From an uncultured Alphaproteobacteria bacterium (GTDB lineage: Bacteria; Pseudomonadota; Alphaproteobacteria; Rhizobiales; Xanthobacteraceae), in contig CAVZSB010000004.1 in assembly GCA_963777635.1 (NCBI GenBank), forward strand, positions 2,096-66,095: a stretch of 64,000 nt of DNA, given 5' to 3'. The notes below the pieces were generated by a model, which did no database searches, was not told the DNA's origin, and saw nothing but the letters and a program-made list of their open reading frames with translations. Both the position numbers and the translations under genes were made by a program. The first letter of the stretch is position 1, and each line of letters opens with the position of its first letter. Shown piece by piece: positions 38,177 to 50,418 of this stretch.

Positions 38177-39847
38177 TCAAACGTTGAGCACGTGGACGTG
38201 GCAAATCGGCTTTTTGTTCCAGCGCTCTGCAATGGCGGAACGGACGGCGCGCCGGATCGCCTCGGCAACCTCGTCCGGGTCGCGCCGTCGCGGCTTCGGC
38301 AAGGTTTCGAACGCTTGCTCGACAGCGTCGCGGGCGATTTCGGCCATCGCCCGGCCCTTGGCGTCAGCATCCGGAATGCCGATCAATTCGATCTCCGGAT
38401 CGGCCGCCAGGGTGCCCCTCTCGCTGAGCGCCAGCGCCACCGAGACCACGCCGGCAAAGCTCAGCCGGCGCCGGGCCGCAACCGTCCGTGACTCGGCTTC
38501 AATGAGCAGCGAGCCGTCCTTGTAGAGACGTCCGGAAGGCACCTCGTCGACAATCGCCGCCGGCCCGGGCGCGAGCTGCACGAGGTCGCCATTGCGGCAC
38601 ACCAGCACTTGGGGGACGCCGGCGCCGCGGGCGAGCTTGGCGTGCTCGGCCAAGTGCAGCGGCTCGCCATGCGCCGGGATGAGGATTTTCGGCCGAACCC
38701 AGCCGATCATGTCCAGCAATTCGGCGCGCCGCGGGTGCCCGGAAACATGGACCAGATGGTCGCGGTCGGTGATGACTTCGACGCCCTGGGACACCAGCCC
38801 GTTGATGACGCGGGATACCGCGATCTCGTTGCCGGGGATGGTACGGGCGGAAAAGATGACGCGGTCACCGCGAGACAGCGTGACTTCCGGATGCTCATCC
38901 TGGGCGATGCGCGCAAGCGCAGCGCGCGGCTCGCCCTGGCTGCCGGTGCAGAGCGCCAGCACCTTGTCCGGCGGCAGGTAGCCATAGCTCTCCGCGTCAC
39001 GGAATTCCTGAACGCCATCGAGATAGCCGGTTTCGCGCGCGACCTGCACGACACGCTGCATGGCGCGGCCGACCAGGACCACTTCGCGCTCGGCGGCCCG
39101 CGCCGCCGCGGCGACGGCACAAATGCGCCCGACATGGGAGGCGAACGTCGTCACCGCCACGCGCGCCGGCGCGGTGCGGATAAGCTCGGCCAGCGTTTTT
39201 GCGACCTCCGCTTCCGAGGGTGAACGGCCGTCGCGAACGGCGTTGGTGGAATCGCCGACCAGCGCCAGCACCCCTTCGTCGCCGAGCGCGGCGAGCTTCG
39301 CCTGATCGGTCGGAGCGCCAAGGAGCGGCGTGGCGTCGATCTTCCAGTCTCCGGTATGAACCACGATGCCGAGCGGCGTGCGGATCGCCAGCGCGTTCGA
39401 TTCCGGAATCGAGTGCGCGACATTGATGAAGTCGATCGTGAACGGCCCAAGCGACAAGCGCCCGCCGAGCGGCACGACGTTGACCGGGATCGGCGGCGCG
39501 CCCGGCTCGGACAGGCGGCGCGCTTCGAACAGCGCTGCCGCAAACGGCGTGGCGTAAAGCGGCACGTTCAGCCGCGGCCACAGATCCATGAGCGCGCCCA
39601 TGTGATCTTCGTGGGCGTGGGTGAGGACGAGGCCGACGATGTTGCGCCGCTCTTCGATGAGAAAGCGGATGTCCGGCAGGATCAGATCGACGCCGGGCAA
39701 ATGCTCCTCGGCGGCAAACGACACGCCGCAATCGACGATCAGCCATGTCCGCCGCCGCCCATCGCCGACACCGTAGACCGCGAGATTCATCCCGATCTCG
39801 CCGATGCCGCCGAGCGGCGCAAACAAAAGCTCGGGGCCGGCCATCAA
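38177..39847 (-). CDS. rnj: ribonuclease J (metallo-beta-lactamase/beta-CASP)
   Basis: LTHAHEDHMGAL motif and about 555 aa of RNase J architecture. Confidence 0.88.
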   Translation of the reverse strand: MMAGPELLFAPLGGIGEIGMNLAVYGVGDGRRRTWLIVDCGVSFAAEEHLPGVDLILPDIRFLIEERRNIVGLVLTHAHEDHMGALMDLWPRLNVPLYATPFAAALFEARRLSEPGAPPIPVNVVPLGGRLSLGPFTIDFINVAHSIPESNALAIRTPLGIVVHTGDWKIDATPLLGAPTDQAKLAALGDEGVLALVGDSTNAVRDGRSPSEAEVAKTLAELIRTAPARVAVTTFASHVGRICAVAAAARAAEREVVLVGRAMQRVVQVARETGYLDGVQEFRDAESYGYLPPDKVLALCTGSQGEPRAALARIAQDEHPEVTLSRGDRVIFSARTIPGNEIAVSRVINGLVSQGVEVITDRDHLVHVSGHPRRAELLDMIGWVRPKILIPAHGEPLHLAEHAKLARGAGVPQVLVCRNGDLVQLAPGPAAIVDEVPSGRLYKDGSLLIEAESRTVAARRRLSFAGVVSVALALSERGTLAADPEIELIGIPDADAKGRAMAEIARDAVEQAFETLPKPRRRDPDEVAEAIRRAVRSAIAERWNKKPICHVHVLNV

Positions 39848-40635
39848 TCGACCCGCCCTGGCGCGGGTTCGGCCGCCGCGCCGGCAACCGGAAAGACATC
39901 GCCGGCCGCGATCGGCTGCAGTGACCCGTCGGCCAGCCGCAGCAACAACCGGCCGCGTTCATCGAGCCCCTCGCCGCGGCCAAGAATCTCGCTGCCCGGA
40001 AGCCGGACCCGCATATCGCCCATGCTGGCGGCGCGCGCGATCCAATCGGCGCGGATGCCGTCAAACCCGGCGCCGCGACACCATTGGCCGATCCGCCGCA
40101 CCATCGTGGCGGATAGCGCAGCAAACAGGCTTTCGGCGGAGATGTCGGCACCTGCGGCTTTCAGGTCGGTCGCAGGATAGTTCGTTTGCGCCGGATGGTG
40201 CCGGCAATTGACGCCAATACCGATGGCGACGGCGAGTTCCCGTGCCGGCCGCTCGCCTTCGATGAGGATGCCGGCGAGCTTGGCGCCGCCGCAAAGAATG
40301 TCATTCGGCCATTTCAACGCGAGATCGGAGCGCAAGTCCGGCGCGCGATCGAGGATGGCGTCGTGGAGCGCCAGCGCGGCGACGAACGACAATTCCGGGG
40401 CGCATTCAGCCGGCGCCGGATCGACCAGAAGCAACGATGCATAGAGGTTGCCCGGCGCGGAAACCCACGCATTTCCCCGCCGGCCACGGCCCGCGGTCTG
40501 CTGCCGGGCCACGATCCAGAGCGGACCGTGCTCGCCGCCGCGCGCCAGCGTCAGCGCTTCGGCGTTGGTGGATTCCAGCGTTTCATGGGTTGCCAGCCGA
40601 TAGCCCGCCGCCACCGCCGCCGAGTGAAGCTGCAT
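39844..40635 (-). CDS. birA: biotin--[acetyl-CoA-carboxylase] ligase
   Basis: LESTNAEA...QTAGRGRRGNAW...GNLYASLLL motif. ATG overlaps the nuoN stop (ATGA). Confidence 0.88.
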   Translation of the reverse strand: MQLHSAAVAAGYRLATHETLESTNAEALTLARGGEHGPLWIVARQQTAGRGRRGNAWVSAPGNLYASLLLVDPAPAECAPELSFVAALALHDAILDRAPDLRSDLALKWPNDILCGGAKLAGILIEGERPARELAVAIGIGVNCRHHPAQTNYPATDLKAAGADISAESLFAALSATMVRRIGQWCRGAGFDGIRADWIARAASMGDMRVRLPGSEILGRGEGLDERGRLLLRLADGSLQPIAAGDVFPVAGAAAEPAPGRVD

Positions 40636-42071
40636 CAGAACAGCGAATGGGCGGCAGCGCTCGCGACGCCGACCAATGGTCCGGGGAAGAGGACGAAGAG
40701 CAGGTTGAACAGCGCGCAAACCCCGAGCACCACTTTAAGTTCGGCCGGCATGCCGTAAAATGCTTCGGCCGGCTCGTCGAAATACATGGTCTTGACGATC
40801 GCCAGATAGTAGTAGGCCCCGACCACGCTCGCCAGTACGCCGATCACCGCGAGCACGTAGAGCCCGGCGTGGATAGCGGCGAGAAAGACGTAAAACTTGG
40901 CGAAAAAGCCCGCGAGTGGCGGTATCCCGGCCATCGAGAAAAGCAGCATCGCCAGAAAGAACGCCATGGTCGGATGCGTGCGCCCGAGCCCCGCAAGCTG
41001 ATCGATCGTTTCCACCATCCCGCCGCTTCGTCGCATCGCCAGGATCACGGCAAAGGTGCCGAGCGTCATGGTGACGTAGATCGCCATATAGACGAGCACG
41101 CCCTGCACGCCTTCCGAAGTCCCGGCGGCCAGGCCGACCAGCGCAAAACCCATATGGCCGATCGACGAATAGGCCATCAGCCGTTTGATGTTGCGCTGAC
41201 CGATCGCCGCAAACGAGCCGAGCAGCATGGAGGCGATGGAGACGAAAGTGACGATCTCCTGCCACTGCGTGGTGATACCCGGAAAGGCCGTGACCGCGAC
41301 CCGCACGAATATGGCGATGCCCGCCACCTTCGGCGCGGCGGAGAAGAACGCGGTCACTGGCGTCGGCGCGCCCTCATAGACGTCCGGCGTCCACATATGG
41401 AACGGCACGGCCGAGACCTTGAAGCAGAAGCCGGCGAACAAAAACACCAGCCCGAAGACCAGTCCGGTGCCCGCGTTAGTCGCCGCATGCGCGATACCGG
41501 CGAAACTGATCGTGCCGGTGAAGCCGTAGACCAGCGAGGCGCCATAGAGCAGCATTCCCGACGAGAGTGCGCCGAGCACGAAATATTTAAGCCCCGCTTC
41601 GGTCGAGCGCAGCGACGTGCGATGACTGGCGGCCACCACATAAAGCGGCAGGCTCATCAATTCGAGGCCGAGATAAAGCGCGATGAGATCGGCGGCCGAA
41701 ATCAGCATCAGCATGCCGAGCGTCGAGAGCACGATCAGCACCGAATATTCAAACCGCTGCTGGTGTTCCGCGCGGGCATAGTCGATCGACATCAGGATCG
41801 CGGCGGCCGAGCCGAGTAGCGCGAGAATTTTCAAAAACCGGGCGAAATTGTCGACGACGAAGCTGCCGCCGAAGGCGACGAGCTTGCCTTCGGGCAAAAG
41901 AACCACGATCACGCCGGCCACGACGAGCAGCACAATGGCGGCGGCGTCGACCAAAACCACCGATCGCTCGTCGCGATACACCCCGAGCATCAGAAGCGCC
42001 AGGGCGCCCACGCCGAGGACGATCTCGGGCAGGAGCGGCAGCAGGCCGTGCAGCGTCAGCGCCGGATACAT
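40635..42071 (-). CDS. nuoN: NADH-quinone oxidoreductase subunit N
   Basis: Polytopic antiporter-like subunit at the last position of the nuo operon. Confidence 0.93.
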   Translation of the reverse strand: MYPALTLHGLLPLLPEIVLGVGALALLMLGVYRDERSVVLVDAAAIVLLVVAGVIVVLLPEGKLVAFGGSFVVDNFARFLKILALLGSAAAILMSIDYARAEHQQRFEYSVLIVLSTLGMLMLISAADLIALYLGLELMSLPLYVVAASHRTSLRSTEAGLKYFVLGALSSGMLLYGASLVYGFTGTISFAGIAHAATNAGTGLVFGLVFLFAGFCFKVSAVPFHMWTPDVYEGAPTPVTAFFSAAPKVAGIAIFVRVAVTAFPGITTQWQEIVTFVSIASMLLGSFAAIGQRNIKRLMAYSSIGHMGFALVGLAAGTSEGVQGVLVYMAIYVTMTLGTFAVILAMRRSGGMVETIDQLAGLGRTHPTMAFFLAMLLFSMAGIPPLAGFFAKFYVFLAAIHAGLYVLAVIGVLASVVGAYYYLAIVKTMYFDEPAEAFYGMPAELKVVLGVCALFNLLFVLFPGPLVGVASAAAHSLF

Positions 42072-42075
42072 CGCC

Positions 42076-43581
42076 TCACCTCGCCAGCGCCGCCGATTGC
42101 ACGCTGCTGACCGCGTGCTGGAAATTGTCGATCAGCTGCGCCACAGATACCGCCGACATATCCAGCACGGGCTTCGGATAGACGCCGAACACGATCGTCA
42201 GGATCAGCAGCGGCGCCAGGATCAACATCTCCCGCGCGCCGATGTCCCGGATATTGAAAAGGTTCGGCTTGGTGAGCTTGCCGAAGATCATCTTGCGGTA
42301 AAGCCACAGCGCATAGGCAGCCGAAAGAATGGTGCCGAACGCCGCGATCGTCGTCACCCAGGTGTTGACGCGGAAGGTGCCGATAAGGGTCAGGAACTCG
42401 CCGACAAATCCGGACGTGCCCGGAAGTCCGACATTCGCCAATGTGAACACCATGAAGGCGAAGGCATAGATCGGCATGCGGTCGACGAGGCCGCCATAGG
42501 CCGCGATCTCGCGGGTATGCATACGGTCGTAGACGACGCCGACGCACAGGAACAATGCGGCCGAGACGATGCCGTGCGAGATCATCTGAAAGATACCGCC
42601 GGCGACGCCCTGTGCCGTCATCGCGAACAGGCCCATGGTGACGAAGCCCATATGCGCCACCGACGAATAGGCGATGAGCTTTTTCACGTCTTCCTGCACC
42701 AGCGCGACCAGCGAGGTGTAGACGATGGCCACCACCGACATCGCATAGATCAGCGGCGCGAGATCGACCGACGCCTGCGGAAACATCGGCAGCGAGAAGC
42801 GCAGCAAGCCATAGCCGCCAAGCTTCAAGAGAATCGCTGCAAGGATCACCGAACCCGCCGTCGGCGCCTCGACATGGGCGTCCGGCAGCCAGGTGTGGAA
42901 CGGCCACATCGGCATCTTGACCGCGAACGAGGCGAGGAAGGCAAACCACGCCCAGGTCTGGAGCGATCGCGGGAACGCGTGATGCAGCAGCGTCGGGATG
43001 TCGGTAGTGCCGGCCTGCCAGTACATCGCCATGATGGCGAGCAGCATCAGCACCGAGCCGGCGAGTGTGTAGAGGAAGAATTTGAAGCTCGCATAGATTC
43101 GGCGCGGGCCGCCCCACACGCCGATGATCAGGAACATCGGAATGAGGGTACCCTCGAAGAACACATAGAACAGCACCAGATCGAGTGCGCAGAAGGTGCC
43201 GACCATCAGCGTCTCAAGGACGAGGAAGGCGATCATGTATTCCCGCACCCGGCTCTGGATCGAGGTCCAGCTCGCCAGGATCGCGATCGGCATCACCGCC
43301 GTCGTGAGGATCACAAACGGCAGCGAAATACCGTCGACGCCCATCGCGTAGTTGATGGCACCGCCGAGCCACGGCCGCTTCTCCAGGAACTGGAAATCGG
43401 CCGATCCGGGATCGAAGCGCCAGACCAGGATGAGCGAGATCGCGAAGATGATGAGTGTCGCCCACAGCGCGACCCAGCGCGCGTTGCGCGCGCCGGCTTC
43501 GTCGTCGTGCAGCAACGCGATGAAGATCGCGCCCACGATCGGCAGGAAAGTGACGACGGAAAGAATTGGCCAACTCGCCAT
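42076..43581 (-). CDS. nuoM: NADH-quinone oxidoreductase subunit M
   Basis: Antiporter-like subunit between nuoL and nuoN. Confidence 0.93.
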   Translation of the reverse strand: MASWPILSVVTFLPIVGAIFIALLHDDEAGARNARWVALWATLIIFAISLILVWRFDPGSADFQFLEKRPWLGGAINYAMGVDGISLPFVILTTAVMPIAILASWTSIQSRVREYMIAFLVLETLMVGTFCALDLVLFYVFFEGTLIPMFLIIGVWGGPRRIYASFKFFLYTLAGSVLMLLAIMAMYWQAGTTDIPTLLHHAFPRSLQTWAWFAFLASFAVKMPMWPFHTWLPDAHVEAPTAGSVILAAILLKLGGYGLLRFSLPMFPQASVDLAPLIYAMSVVAIVYTSLVALVQEDVKKLIAYSSVAHMGFVTMGLFAMTAQGVAGGIFQMISHGIVSAALFLCVGVVYDRMHTREIAAYGGLVDRMPIYAFAFMVFTLANVGLPGTSGFVGEFLTLIGTFRVNTWVTTIAAFGTILSAAYALWLYRKMIFGKLTKPNLFNIRDIGAREMLILAPLLILTIVFGVYPKPVLDMSAVSVAQLIDNFQHAVSSVQSAALAR

Positions 43582-45674
43582 CAGTGCGGCCCCGCGAACA
43601 TGAACCAGGTGACGAACGCGGCGACGCCGATCAGCATGGCGAAGGCGTAGTGATAGAGATAGCCGGTCTGCAGGCGCACCACGCTGCGCGTAACATCGAG
43701 GACACGCGCGGAGACGCCGTCAGGACCGAAGCCGTCGATCACAAAGCCGTCGCCGCCCTTCCAGAACAGCCGGCCGAGCCACAACGTCGGACGCACGAAG
43801 AGGAAATCGTAGATGCGGTCGAAGTACCAAGCATTGAGCAGGAAGCGGTACAGCACACCCTGATCGCGCGCCAGTGCTTCGGGAAGGTCGGGCCGGCGGA
43901 TGTAGAATTGCCAGGCCACCAGAAATCCGCCGATCATCATGACGGTCGGCGCCAGCTTTGTGCCCAGCGGCAGGTGCTCCATTTCCTCGAGCACCGGGTT
44001 GCCCGGTCCGATCGCCAGCGAATTGCGGAAAAACTCAAGCGCGCCGTGACCTTCGAAAATGTGGATGAAGGGCCAGCCCGCGGCGATCGAACCAAACGCA
44101 AGGATGCCGAGCGGCACCAGCATCGTCAGCGGGCTTTCGTGCGCCGCTTCATAGTGATGTTGATCGTGTGGCGCGCCGTGGAAGGTCTTGAAAATAAGCC
44201 GCCAGGAATAGAACGCCGTTAGCGCCGCGGCGCCGACGGTCATGATGAAGCCGTAGCTTGCGACCGTGCCGGAGATAACGTCATCCGCTTCGATGATGGC
44301 GTCCTTGGAGAAAAACCCGGCAGTTAAGGGAAAACCGGTCAGCGCCAGCGTGCCGATCAGCATCGTCGCGTAGGTGAATGGAATTTTGCGCCACAGCCCG
44401 CCCATCTTGCGGATGTCCTGCTCGTGATGCATGGCGATGATCACCGAACCGCAGCCGAGGAACAAAAGCGCCTTGAAGAAAGCGTGGGTGAACAGGTGGA
44501 ACATGCCGATCGAGTAGGCGCCCGAGCCCATGGCGACGAACATGTAGCCAAGCTGCGAGCAGGTCGAGTAGGCGACAATGCGTTTGATGTCGTTCTGCAC
44601 CAGGCCGACGGTGGCCGCGAACATCGCGGTCGTCGCACCGATGAACAGAACGAAGGATTTGGCGTGGGGCGCCAGCTCGAACAGCGGGGAGAGCCGCGCC
44701 ACCATGAACACGCCGGCAGTCACCATCGTGGCGGCGTGAATCAGCGCCGAGACCGGCGTCGGTCCTTCCATCGCGTCCGGCAGCCAGGTATGCAGCAGAA
44801 ACTGCGCCGATTTGCCCATGGCGCCGGTGAACAACAAAAGACAGATCAGCGTCAGCGCATCGACGTCAAAGCTCAGATAGTGGAAGCTCTTGCCGACCAG
44901 GCTCGGCGCTTGCGCGAAGATCGTGTCGAAGACGATCGATCCGGTCAGCAGGAAGACGGCGAATATTCCAAGCGAGAAACCGAAATCGCCGACGCGGTTG
45001 ACGAGAAAGGCCTTGATCGCGGCGGCGTTGGCCTCCGGCTTGTGGTACCAGAATCCGATCAGAAGATAGCTCGCGAGCCCCACGCCCTCCCAGCCGAAGA
45101 ACAATTGCGCCAGATTGTCGGCCGTCACCAGCATCAGCATGGCGAAGGTAAAAAACGACAGATAGGCGAAGAAGCGCGGCCGGTAGGGATCGTCGGCCAT
45201 GTAGCCGATGGAGTAGAGGTGGACGACGCCGGAGACGGTCGTCACCACGACCAGCATCACGGCGGTGAGCGAATCGATGCGCAGCGCCCAGTCGACCTTC
45301 AGGTCGCCGGAGGTGATGAAGTTGAAGATGGTGACGTGGGCGTCGTGTCCGGCAAAGCCGACATCGTAGAAGGCGTAGCAGGAAAGCGCCCACGAGATGG
45401 CAAGCAGCGTCGTGGTGATCAGTTCCGCCGCCTGCGAACCGCCGGCCGGCTCGGTGACCTCGTCCTCTTCCTGGTGCGAATGATCGAGTTCGGCGTGCGC
45501 AATCCCGGATTCCGGCGCTCCATGCGGGCGATGCTCCGCCACCGGCGCGGCGGCATGCGTGTCATGCGGCGGCGGCGGATCCTCGCCGGGAAGGCGATTG
45601 CGGGCGCCGACAAGCGCAATCGCGCCGGCAATGACGGCGCCGAGAAGCGGCAGGAAGACGATGGCCTCGTACAT
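43581..45674 (-). CDS. nuoL: NADH-quinone oxidoreductase subunit L
   Basis: 697-aa antiporter-like subunit with the long C-terminal extension typical of NuoL. Confidence 0.93.
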   Translation of the reverse strand: MYEAIVFLPLLGAVIAGAIALVGARNRLPGEDPPPPHDTHAAAPVAEHRPHGAPESGIAHAELDHSHQEEDEVTEPAGGSQAAELITTTLLAISWALSCYAFYDVGFAGHDAHVTIFNFITSGDLKVDWALRIDSLTAVMLVVVTTVSGVVHLYSIGYMADDPYRPRFFAYLSFFTFAMLMLVTADNLAQLFFGWEGVGLASYLLIGFWYHKPEANAAAIKAFLVNRVGDFGFSLGIFAVFLLTGSIVFDTIFAQAPSLVGKSFHYLSFDVDALTLICLLLFTGAMGKSAQFLLHTWLPDAMEGPTPVSALIHAATMVTAGVFMVARLSPLFELAPHAKSFVLFIGATTAMFAATVGLVQNDIKRIVAYSTCSQLGYMFVAMGSGAYSIGMFHLFTHAFFKALLFLGCGSVIIAMHHEQDIRKMGGLWRKIPFTYATMLIGTLALTGFPLTAGFFSKDAIIEADDVISGTVASYGFIMTVGAAALTAFYSWRLIFKTFHGAPHDQHHYEAAHESPLTMLVPLGILAFGSIAAGWPFIHIFEGHGALEFFRNSLAIGPGNPVLEEMEHLPLGTKLAPTVMMIGGFLVAWQFYIRRPDLPEALARDQGVLYRFLLNAWYFDRIYDFLFVRPTLWLGRLFWKGGDGFVIDGFGPDGVSARVLDVTRSVVRLQTGYLYHYAFAMLIGVAAFVTWFMFAGPH

Positions 45675-45741
45675 TACCGCTAATTCCCACGCTTTTTTAG
45701 CAGAGGACGAGAGACAAGTTTAAGCGGGACCCCCACCCCAA

Positions 45742-45808
45742 CCCTCCCCCTTACAGGGGGAGGGAGAACGCAGCCGCAGATCATTTTCCTCCCCCTGAAA
45801 GGGGGAGG
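45742..45808. repeat. Two C5/G5 hairpins in the 188-bp nuoL-nuoK spacer
   Basis: CCCTCCCCC-TTACA-GGGGGAGGG at 45742..45764 and CCTCCCCC-TGAAA-GGGGGAGG at 45788..45808. Confidence 0.7.
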
Positions 45809-45862
45809 ATCAAGGAGGGGGTCGAGTTTTTCTATCTGAATCATGCTTCCGCGAACCGTGGA

Positions 45863-46171
45863 CTAACCCTTCATCAAATTTACGTCTTCGACCGCGATCG
45901 AGCCGCGGTTGCGGAAATAGGCAACGAGGATGGCGAGCCCGATCGCGGCTTCCGCCGCCGCGACCGTCAACACGATCAGAGCGTAGACTTGGCCGACGAT
46001 GTCGCCGAGGAAAGCGGAGAACGCCACCAGATTGATGTTCACCGCCAGCAGAATGAGCTCGATCGACATCAGAATGACGATGACGTTCTTGCGGTTGAGG
46101 AAGATACCGAAAATCCCCAGCGTGAACAGGATCGCGGCGACGGAGAGGTAATGGCCGAGCCCGATGGTCAT
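45863..46171 (-). CDS. nuoK: NADH-quinone oxidoreductase subunit K
   Basis: 102 aa, three TM segments, position in the operon. Confidence 0.93.
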   Translation of the reverse strand: MTIGLGHYLSVAAILFTLGIFGIFLNRKNVIVILMSIELILLAVNINLVAFSAFLGDIVGQVYALIVLTVAAAEAAIGLAILVAYFRNRGSIAVEDVNLMKG

Positions 46172-46779
46172 GGCAGCCCCTGCCCCGATTCGACCTTGAC
46201 GATCTCGATTGCGGTGGCACGCCGCCGCGCCACCTGGTCCGGGATGCTCTGCCGTTTGGCGTCGGGCTTATGCTGCAGCGTCAAAACGATGGCGCCGACC
46301 ATGGCGACGAGCAGGATCACGCCGGCCGCTTCGAAGTAGTAGACGTAACGGGTGTAGAGCACGAGTCCGAGCGCCTGCGTGTTGCTGACGTCGGGTGAGA
46401 TCGGCGCGGCGATGGCGTTGGGAACTGCGGGATTTATCACCCAGGCGCCCACCACGACCAGAAGCTCGGCGAGAAGGATAGCCCCGATCACGCCGCCGAT
46501 CGGCAGGTAGTTGAGGAAGCCGTGGCGTAGCTCGGCGAAATCGACGTCGAGCATCATCACCACGAACAGGAACAGCACCGCGACCGCCCCGACATAGACG
46601 ACGATCAGTATCATCGCCAGAAATTCAGCGCCCATGAGCACGAACAGGCCGGCGGCATTGACGAAGGCAAGAATAAGAAACAGCACCGAGTGGACCGGGT
46701 TTTTCGACGCAATGACCATGACCGCAGAAGCAACGCACGCCGCGGCGAAGATATAGAAGAAAATGGCCTGGACGATCAT
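46168..46779 (-). CDS. nuoJ: NADH-quinone oxidoreductase subunit J
   Basis: NuoJ-like membrane protein at the expected operon position. Confidence 0.92.
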   Translation of the reverse strand: MIVQAIFFYIFAAACVASAVMVIASKNPVHSVLFLILAFVNAAGLFVLMGAEFLAMILIVVYVGAVAVLFLFVVMMLDVDFAELRHGFLNYLPIGGVIGAILLAELLVVVGAWVINPAVPNAIAAPISPDVSNTQALGLVLYTRYVYYFEAAGVILLVAMVGAIVLTLQHKPDAKRQSIPDQVARRRATAIEIVKVESGQGLP

Positions 46780-46791
46780 GAGCGCGGCATC

Positions 46792-47280
46792 TCAGCGGTA
46801 CGGCGCATCGAGCGCGATGTTCTGGGCGATTTCGCGCTCCCAGCGATCGCCATTCGCAAGCAGCCGATCCTTGTCGTAGTAAAGCTCCTCGCGCGTCTCG
46901 GCGGCGTATTCGAAATTCGGACCTTCGACAATGGCGTCGACCGGGCAGGCTTCCTGGCACAGCCCGCAATAGATGCATTTCACCATGTCGATGTCGTAGC
47001 GCGTGGTGCGGCGGGTGCCGTCGTTGCGGCGCGGGCCGGCTTCGATGGTGATCGCCTGCGCCGGACAGATCGCCTCGCAGAGCTTGCAGGCGATGCAGCG
47101 CTCCTCCCCGTTCGGATAACGCCGCAGCGCATGCTCGCCGCGGAAGCGCGGCGACAGCGCGCCCTTCTCGAACGGATAGTTCAGCGTCGCCTTCGGCTTG
47201 AAGAAGTAGCGCATCGACAGAAAGAACGCCTGCACGAACTCTTTGAGGAAAATCGAACGGGCTGCTTGATCGAGTGCCAT
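46792..47280 (-). CDS. nuoI: NADH-quinone oxidoreductase subunit I (2x[4Fe-4S])
   Basis: Two CxxCxxCxxxCP ferredoxin motifs ([24 protein letters not shown]). Confidence 0.95.
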   Translation of the reverse strand: MALDQAARSIFLKEFVQAFFLSMRYFFKPKATLNYPFEKGALSPRFRGEHALRRYPNGEERCIACKLCEAICPAQAITIEAGPRRNDGTRRTTRYDIDMVKCIYCGLCQEACPVDAIVEGPNFEYAAETREELYYDKDRLLANGDRWEREIAQNIALDAPYR

Positions 47281-47281
47281 G

Positions 47282-48328
47282 TCAGCCTCTGAGGACCACG
47301 AGAACGCCGGCCACGATCGCGACCATGGCGAGCGAGATCGGCAAGAACACCTTCCACCCGAGCCGCATCAGCTGGTCGTAGCGATAGCGCGGCACGAACG
47401 CTTTCACCATGGCGAACATGAAGAACACCAAGGTCGCCTTGAGCACGAACCAGACCAGACCCGGAACCCAGGTGAACGGGGCGACCGGAAAAGGCGGCAG
47501 CCAGCCGCCGAGGAACAGGATCGTCGCCATGGCGCACATGGTCGCGATGGCAACGTACTCGCCGAGCATGAACATCATGTACGGCGTCGAGCCGTATTCG
47601 ACCATGTAGCCGGCCACAAGCTCGGATTCGGCCTCGACCAGATCGAACGGCGGCCGATTGGTCTCGGCGAGCGACGAGACGAAGAAGATCACGAACATCG
47701 GCAACAGCGGCAGCCAATACCAGTTCAGTACCGTCAGCCACGGCAAACCGATCAGGGTCGCGACGCCGTGGTTGCGCTGCGCCTCGACGATGTCGGTGAG
47801 GTTCAGCGAGCCGACGCACAGCAGGACGGTAATGATCACGAATCCGATCGAGACTTCGTAGGACACCATCTGCGCCGCCGAGCGCAGCGCCGCGAGGAAC
47901 GGATATTTCGAGTTCGACGCCCAGCCGGCCATGATCACGCCGTAGACCATGAGCGAGGAGATGGCGAAGATGTAAAGGATGCCGACATTGATGTTGGCGA
48001 TCACGATGCCGGCGCCGACCGGGATCACCGCCCAGGCGGCGAGCGCCAGCGTGCAGGTGACGAGCGGCGCCAGGAGAAACACGCCCTTGTTGGCGCCGGC
48101 GGGAATGACCGGCTCCTTGAGCACGAACTTCAGAAGATCGGCGAACGATTGCAGCAGGCCCCACGGGCCGACGACGTTCGGGCCGCGCCGCAGCTGCACC
48201 GCGGCCCAGACCTTTCTGTCCGCGTAAAGCACGTAGGCGATGGCGATGAGCAGAATGACGAGCAGCAGCACGCTTTCCGCCACCATGATCACCAGCGGCC
48301 AGACATAGTCCCAAAAGAACGCTTCCAT
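47282..48328 (-). CDS. nuoH: NADH-quinone oxidoreductase subunit H
   Basis: NuoH sequence (...[22 protein letters not shown]...). Start at MEAFFWDY. Confidence 0.93.
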   Translation of the reverse strand: MEAFFWDYVWPLVIMVAESVLLLVILLIAIAYVLYADRKVWAAVQLRRGPNVVGPWGLLQSFADLLKFVLKEPVIPAGANKGVFLLAPLVTCTLALAAWAVIPVGAGIVIANINVGILYIFAISSLMVYGVIMAGWASNSKYPFLAALRSAAQMVSYEVSIGFVIITVLLCVGSLNLTDIVEAQRNHGVATLIGLPWLTVLNWYWLPLLPMFVIFFVSSLAETNRPPFDLVEAESELVAGYMVEYGSTPYMMFMLGEYVAIATMCAMATILFLGGWLPPFPVAPFTWVPGLVWFVLKATLVFFMFAMVKAFVPRYRYDQLMRLGWKVFLPISLAMVAIVAGVLVVLRG

Positions 48329-48339
48329 CGTTTGCGTCC

Positions 48340-50418
48340 TTACTCGGCAGCCGTCATGGCCGCGCGCCGGTGGGCGATAGCCGAACATTCGGCCATCACC
48401 GCGGAACAACGCGCGATCGGATTGGTGAAATAGAAGTCGGCGATGTTCGAGCGGAACGGCGCCTTGTCGGCGCTGCCACCCAAAGCCGCAATTTTTTGCA
48501 CATCGGCGGCGTCGCCCGGCGCAATCTGTCCGATGCGCATCATGTGCGGATAGGCCTGATAAAGCGTGCGCCGAAGCGCCGCGAGCGAGTCATAGGGAAG
48601 GCGCTTGCCCAACACGTCCGAAAGCGCGCGCAGGATCGCCCAATCTTCGCGGGCGTCGCCCGGCGGGAAGGAGGCGCGCGTCGCCATCTGCACCCTGCCC
48701 TCGGTGTTCACATAGGTCGCCGACTTCTCCGGATAGGCCGCGCCGGGCAGCACCACATCGGCGCGCGACGCGCCGCGGTCGCCATGCGTGCCGATGTAAA
48801 TAACGAAAGCACCGGGCGCGATTTCGATCTCGTCGGCGCCGAGAAGAAAGAGAATGTCGAGCGTCCCGGAGGCCGCCATCTGCCGCGCCGTCAGGCCGCC
48901 ATCGCCGGGTACGAAGCCGAGGTCGAGCGCGCCGACCCGCGATGCCGCGGTGTGCAGGACGCTATAGCCGTTCCAGCCTTCCTTGACGGCGCCGAGATCG
49001 ATCGCCGCCTTCGCCGCCAGCGACGCAATCGCCGCGCCGTCCGGCCGCGCGAAGACGTCAGCGCCGACGACGACAAGCGGCCGCTCGGCCTTGCGCAACG
49101 TGTCGGCAAAGCTGTGGCGGCCGATATCGGCCAGCGTCTCGGCGCCGGCGCCGAGATAGTCGTAAGCATAGGTGAGCGGGGCTTTGCTGCCGATGAGGCC
49201 GACCGCAAAGCCCTTGGCCGTGCGCCAGCGCTTGCGGATGCGGGCGTTGAGCACCGCCGCATCGCGGCGCGGATTGGTGCCGACGAGAAGCAGCGCATCG
49301 GCTGCGTCAATGCCGGCGATGGTCGCGTTGAAGAGGTAGCCGCCCCGCCCCCATTTGGGATCGAGCATCGAGCCGTCCTGCCGGCAATCGAGGTTGCCGA
49401 CACCCAATCGCGTCATCAAATCCTTGAGCGCGAAGATCTCTTCGGCCGCTGCCAGGTCGCCGACGATCGCGCCCATGCGCTTTGCGTTGGCGCGCGCCAC
49501 CTTGGCGGCAATAGCCGCGAACGCTTCATTCCAGCTCGCCGGGCGCAAGTGACCGCCCTCCCGCACATATGGCTGATCGAGCCGCTGCGTGCGCAGGCCG
49601 TCGACCACGTGCCGGGTCTTGTCCGAAATCCATTCCTCGTTCACATCGTCATTGGTGCGCGGCAGGATCCGCATCACCTCGCGGCCGCGGGTGTCGATGC
49701 GGATCGCCGAGCCGAGCGCGTCCATCACGTCGATGGACTCGGTCTTGTTGAGCTCCCAGGGACGCGCCGCGAACGCGTAAGGCTTCGAAGTCAGCGCGCC
49801 CACCGGACAAAGATCGACGACGTTGCCCTGCAGTTCCGACGTCATCGCTTCTTCGAGATAGGTCGTGATCTCCATATCCTCGCCGCGGCCGATGGCGCCG
49901 AGTTCGGGTACGCCCGCGACCTCGGTCGCAAACCGGATGCAGCGCGTGCACTGGATGCAGCGATTCATCGAGGTCTTGACCAGCGCGCCGAGATACTTGT
50001 CCTCGACCGCCCGCTTGTTCTCGCGGAAACGGCTCTGATCGACGCCGTACGCCATCGCCTGGTCTTGCAGATCGCATTCGCCGCCCTGGTCGCAGATCGG
50101 ACAGTCGAGCGGATGATTGATGAGAAGAAATTCCATCACGCCTTCGCGCGCCTTGCGCACCATCGGCGAGCGCGTCGAGATGACCTTCGGCGTGTTATCC
50201 TTGTTCGGCGGCAGATCCTTGACGCCCATCGCGCAGGACGCCTGCGGCTTCGGAATGCCGACGACTTCGATCAGGCACATGCGGCAATTGCCGGCGATCG
50301 ACAGCCGCTCCTGAAAGCAGAAGCGCGGAATTTCCGCGCCGGCGACCTCGCAGGCCTGTAGCAAAGTGTATTCCGGCGGGACGTCGATCTCTCTGCCGTC
50401 GACGATGAGCTTGGTCAT
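48340..50418 (-). CDS. nuoG: NADH-quinone oxidoreductase subunit G
   Basis: Starts [24 protein letters not shown] (2Fe-2S ferredoxin N-terminus), then the molybdopterin-like domain. The track ORF extends 163 codons upstream because of a frame break in the preceding DUF3291 gene. Confidence 0.93.
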   Translation of the reverse strand: MTKLIVDGREIDVPPEYTLLQACEVAGAEIPRFCFQERLSIAGNCRMCLIEVVGIPKPQASCAMGVKDLPPNKDNTPKVISTRSPMVRKAREGVMEFLLINHPLDCPICDQGGECDLQDQAMAYGVDQSRFRENKRAVEDKYLGALVKTSMNRCIQCTRCIRFATEVAGVPELGAIGRGEDMEITTYLEEAMTSELQGNVVDLCPVGALTSKPYAFAARPWELNKTESIDVMDALGSAIRIDTRGREVMRILPRTNDDVNEEWISDKTRHVVDGLRTQRLDQPYVREGGHLRPASWNEAFAAIAAKVARANAKRMGAIVGDLAAAEEIFALKDLMTRLGVGNLDCRQDGSMLDPKWGRGGYLFNATIAGIDAADALLLVGTNPRRDAAVLNARIRKRWRTAKGFAVGLIGSKAPLTYAYDYLGAGAETLADIGRHSFADTLRKAERPLVVVGADVFARPDGAAIASLAAKAAIDLGAVKEGWNGYSVLHTAASRVGALDLGFVPGDGGLTARQMAASGTLDILFLLGADEIEIAPGAFVIYIGTHGDRGASRADVVLPGAAYPEKSATYVNTEGRVQMATRASFPPGDAREDWAILRALSDVLGKRLPYDSLAALRRTLYQAYPHMMRIGQIAPGDAADVQKIAALGGSADKAPFRSNIADFYFTNPIARCSAVMAECSAIAHRRAAMTAAE

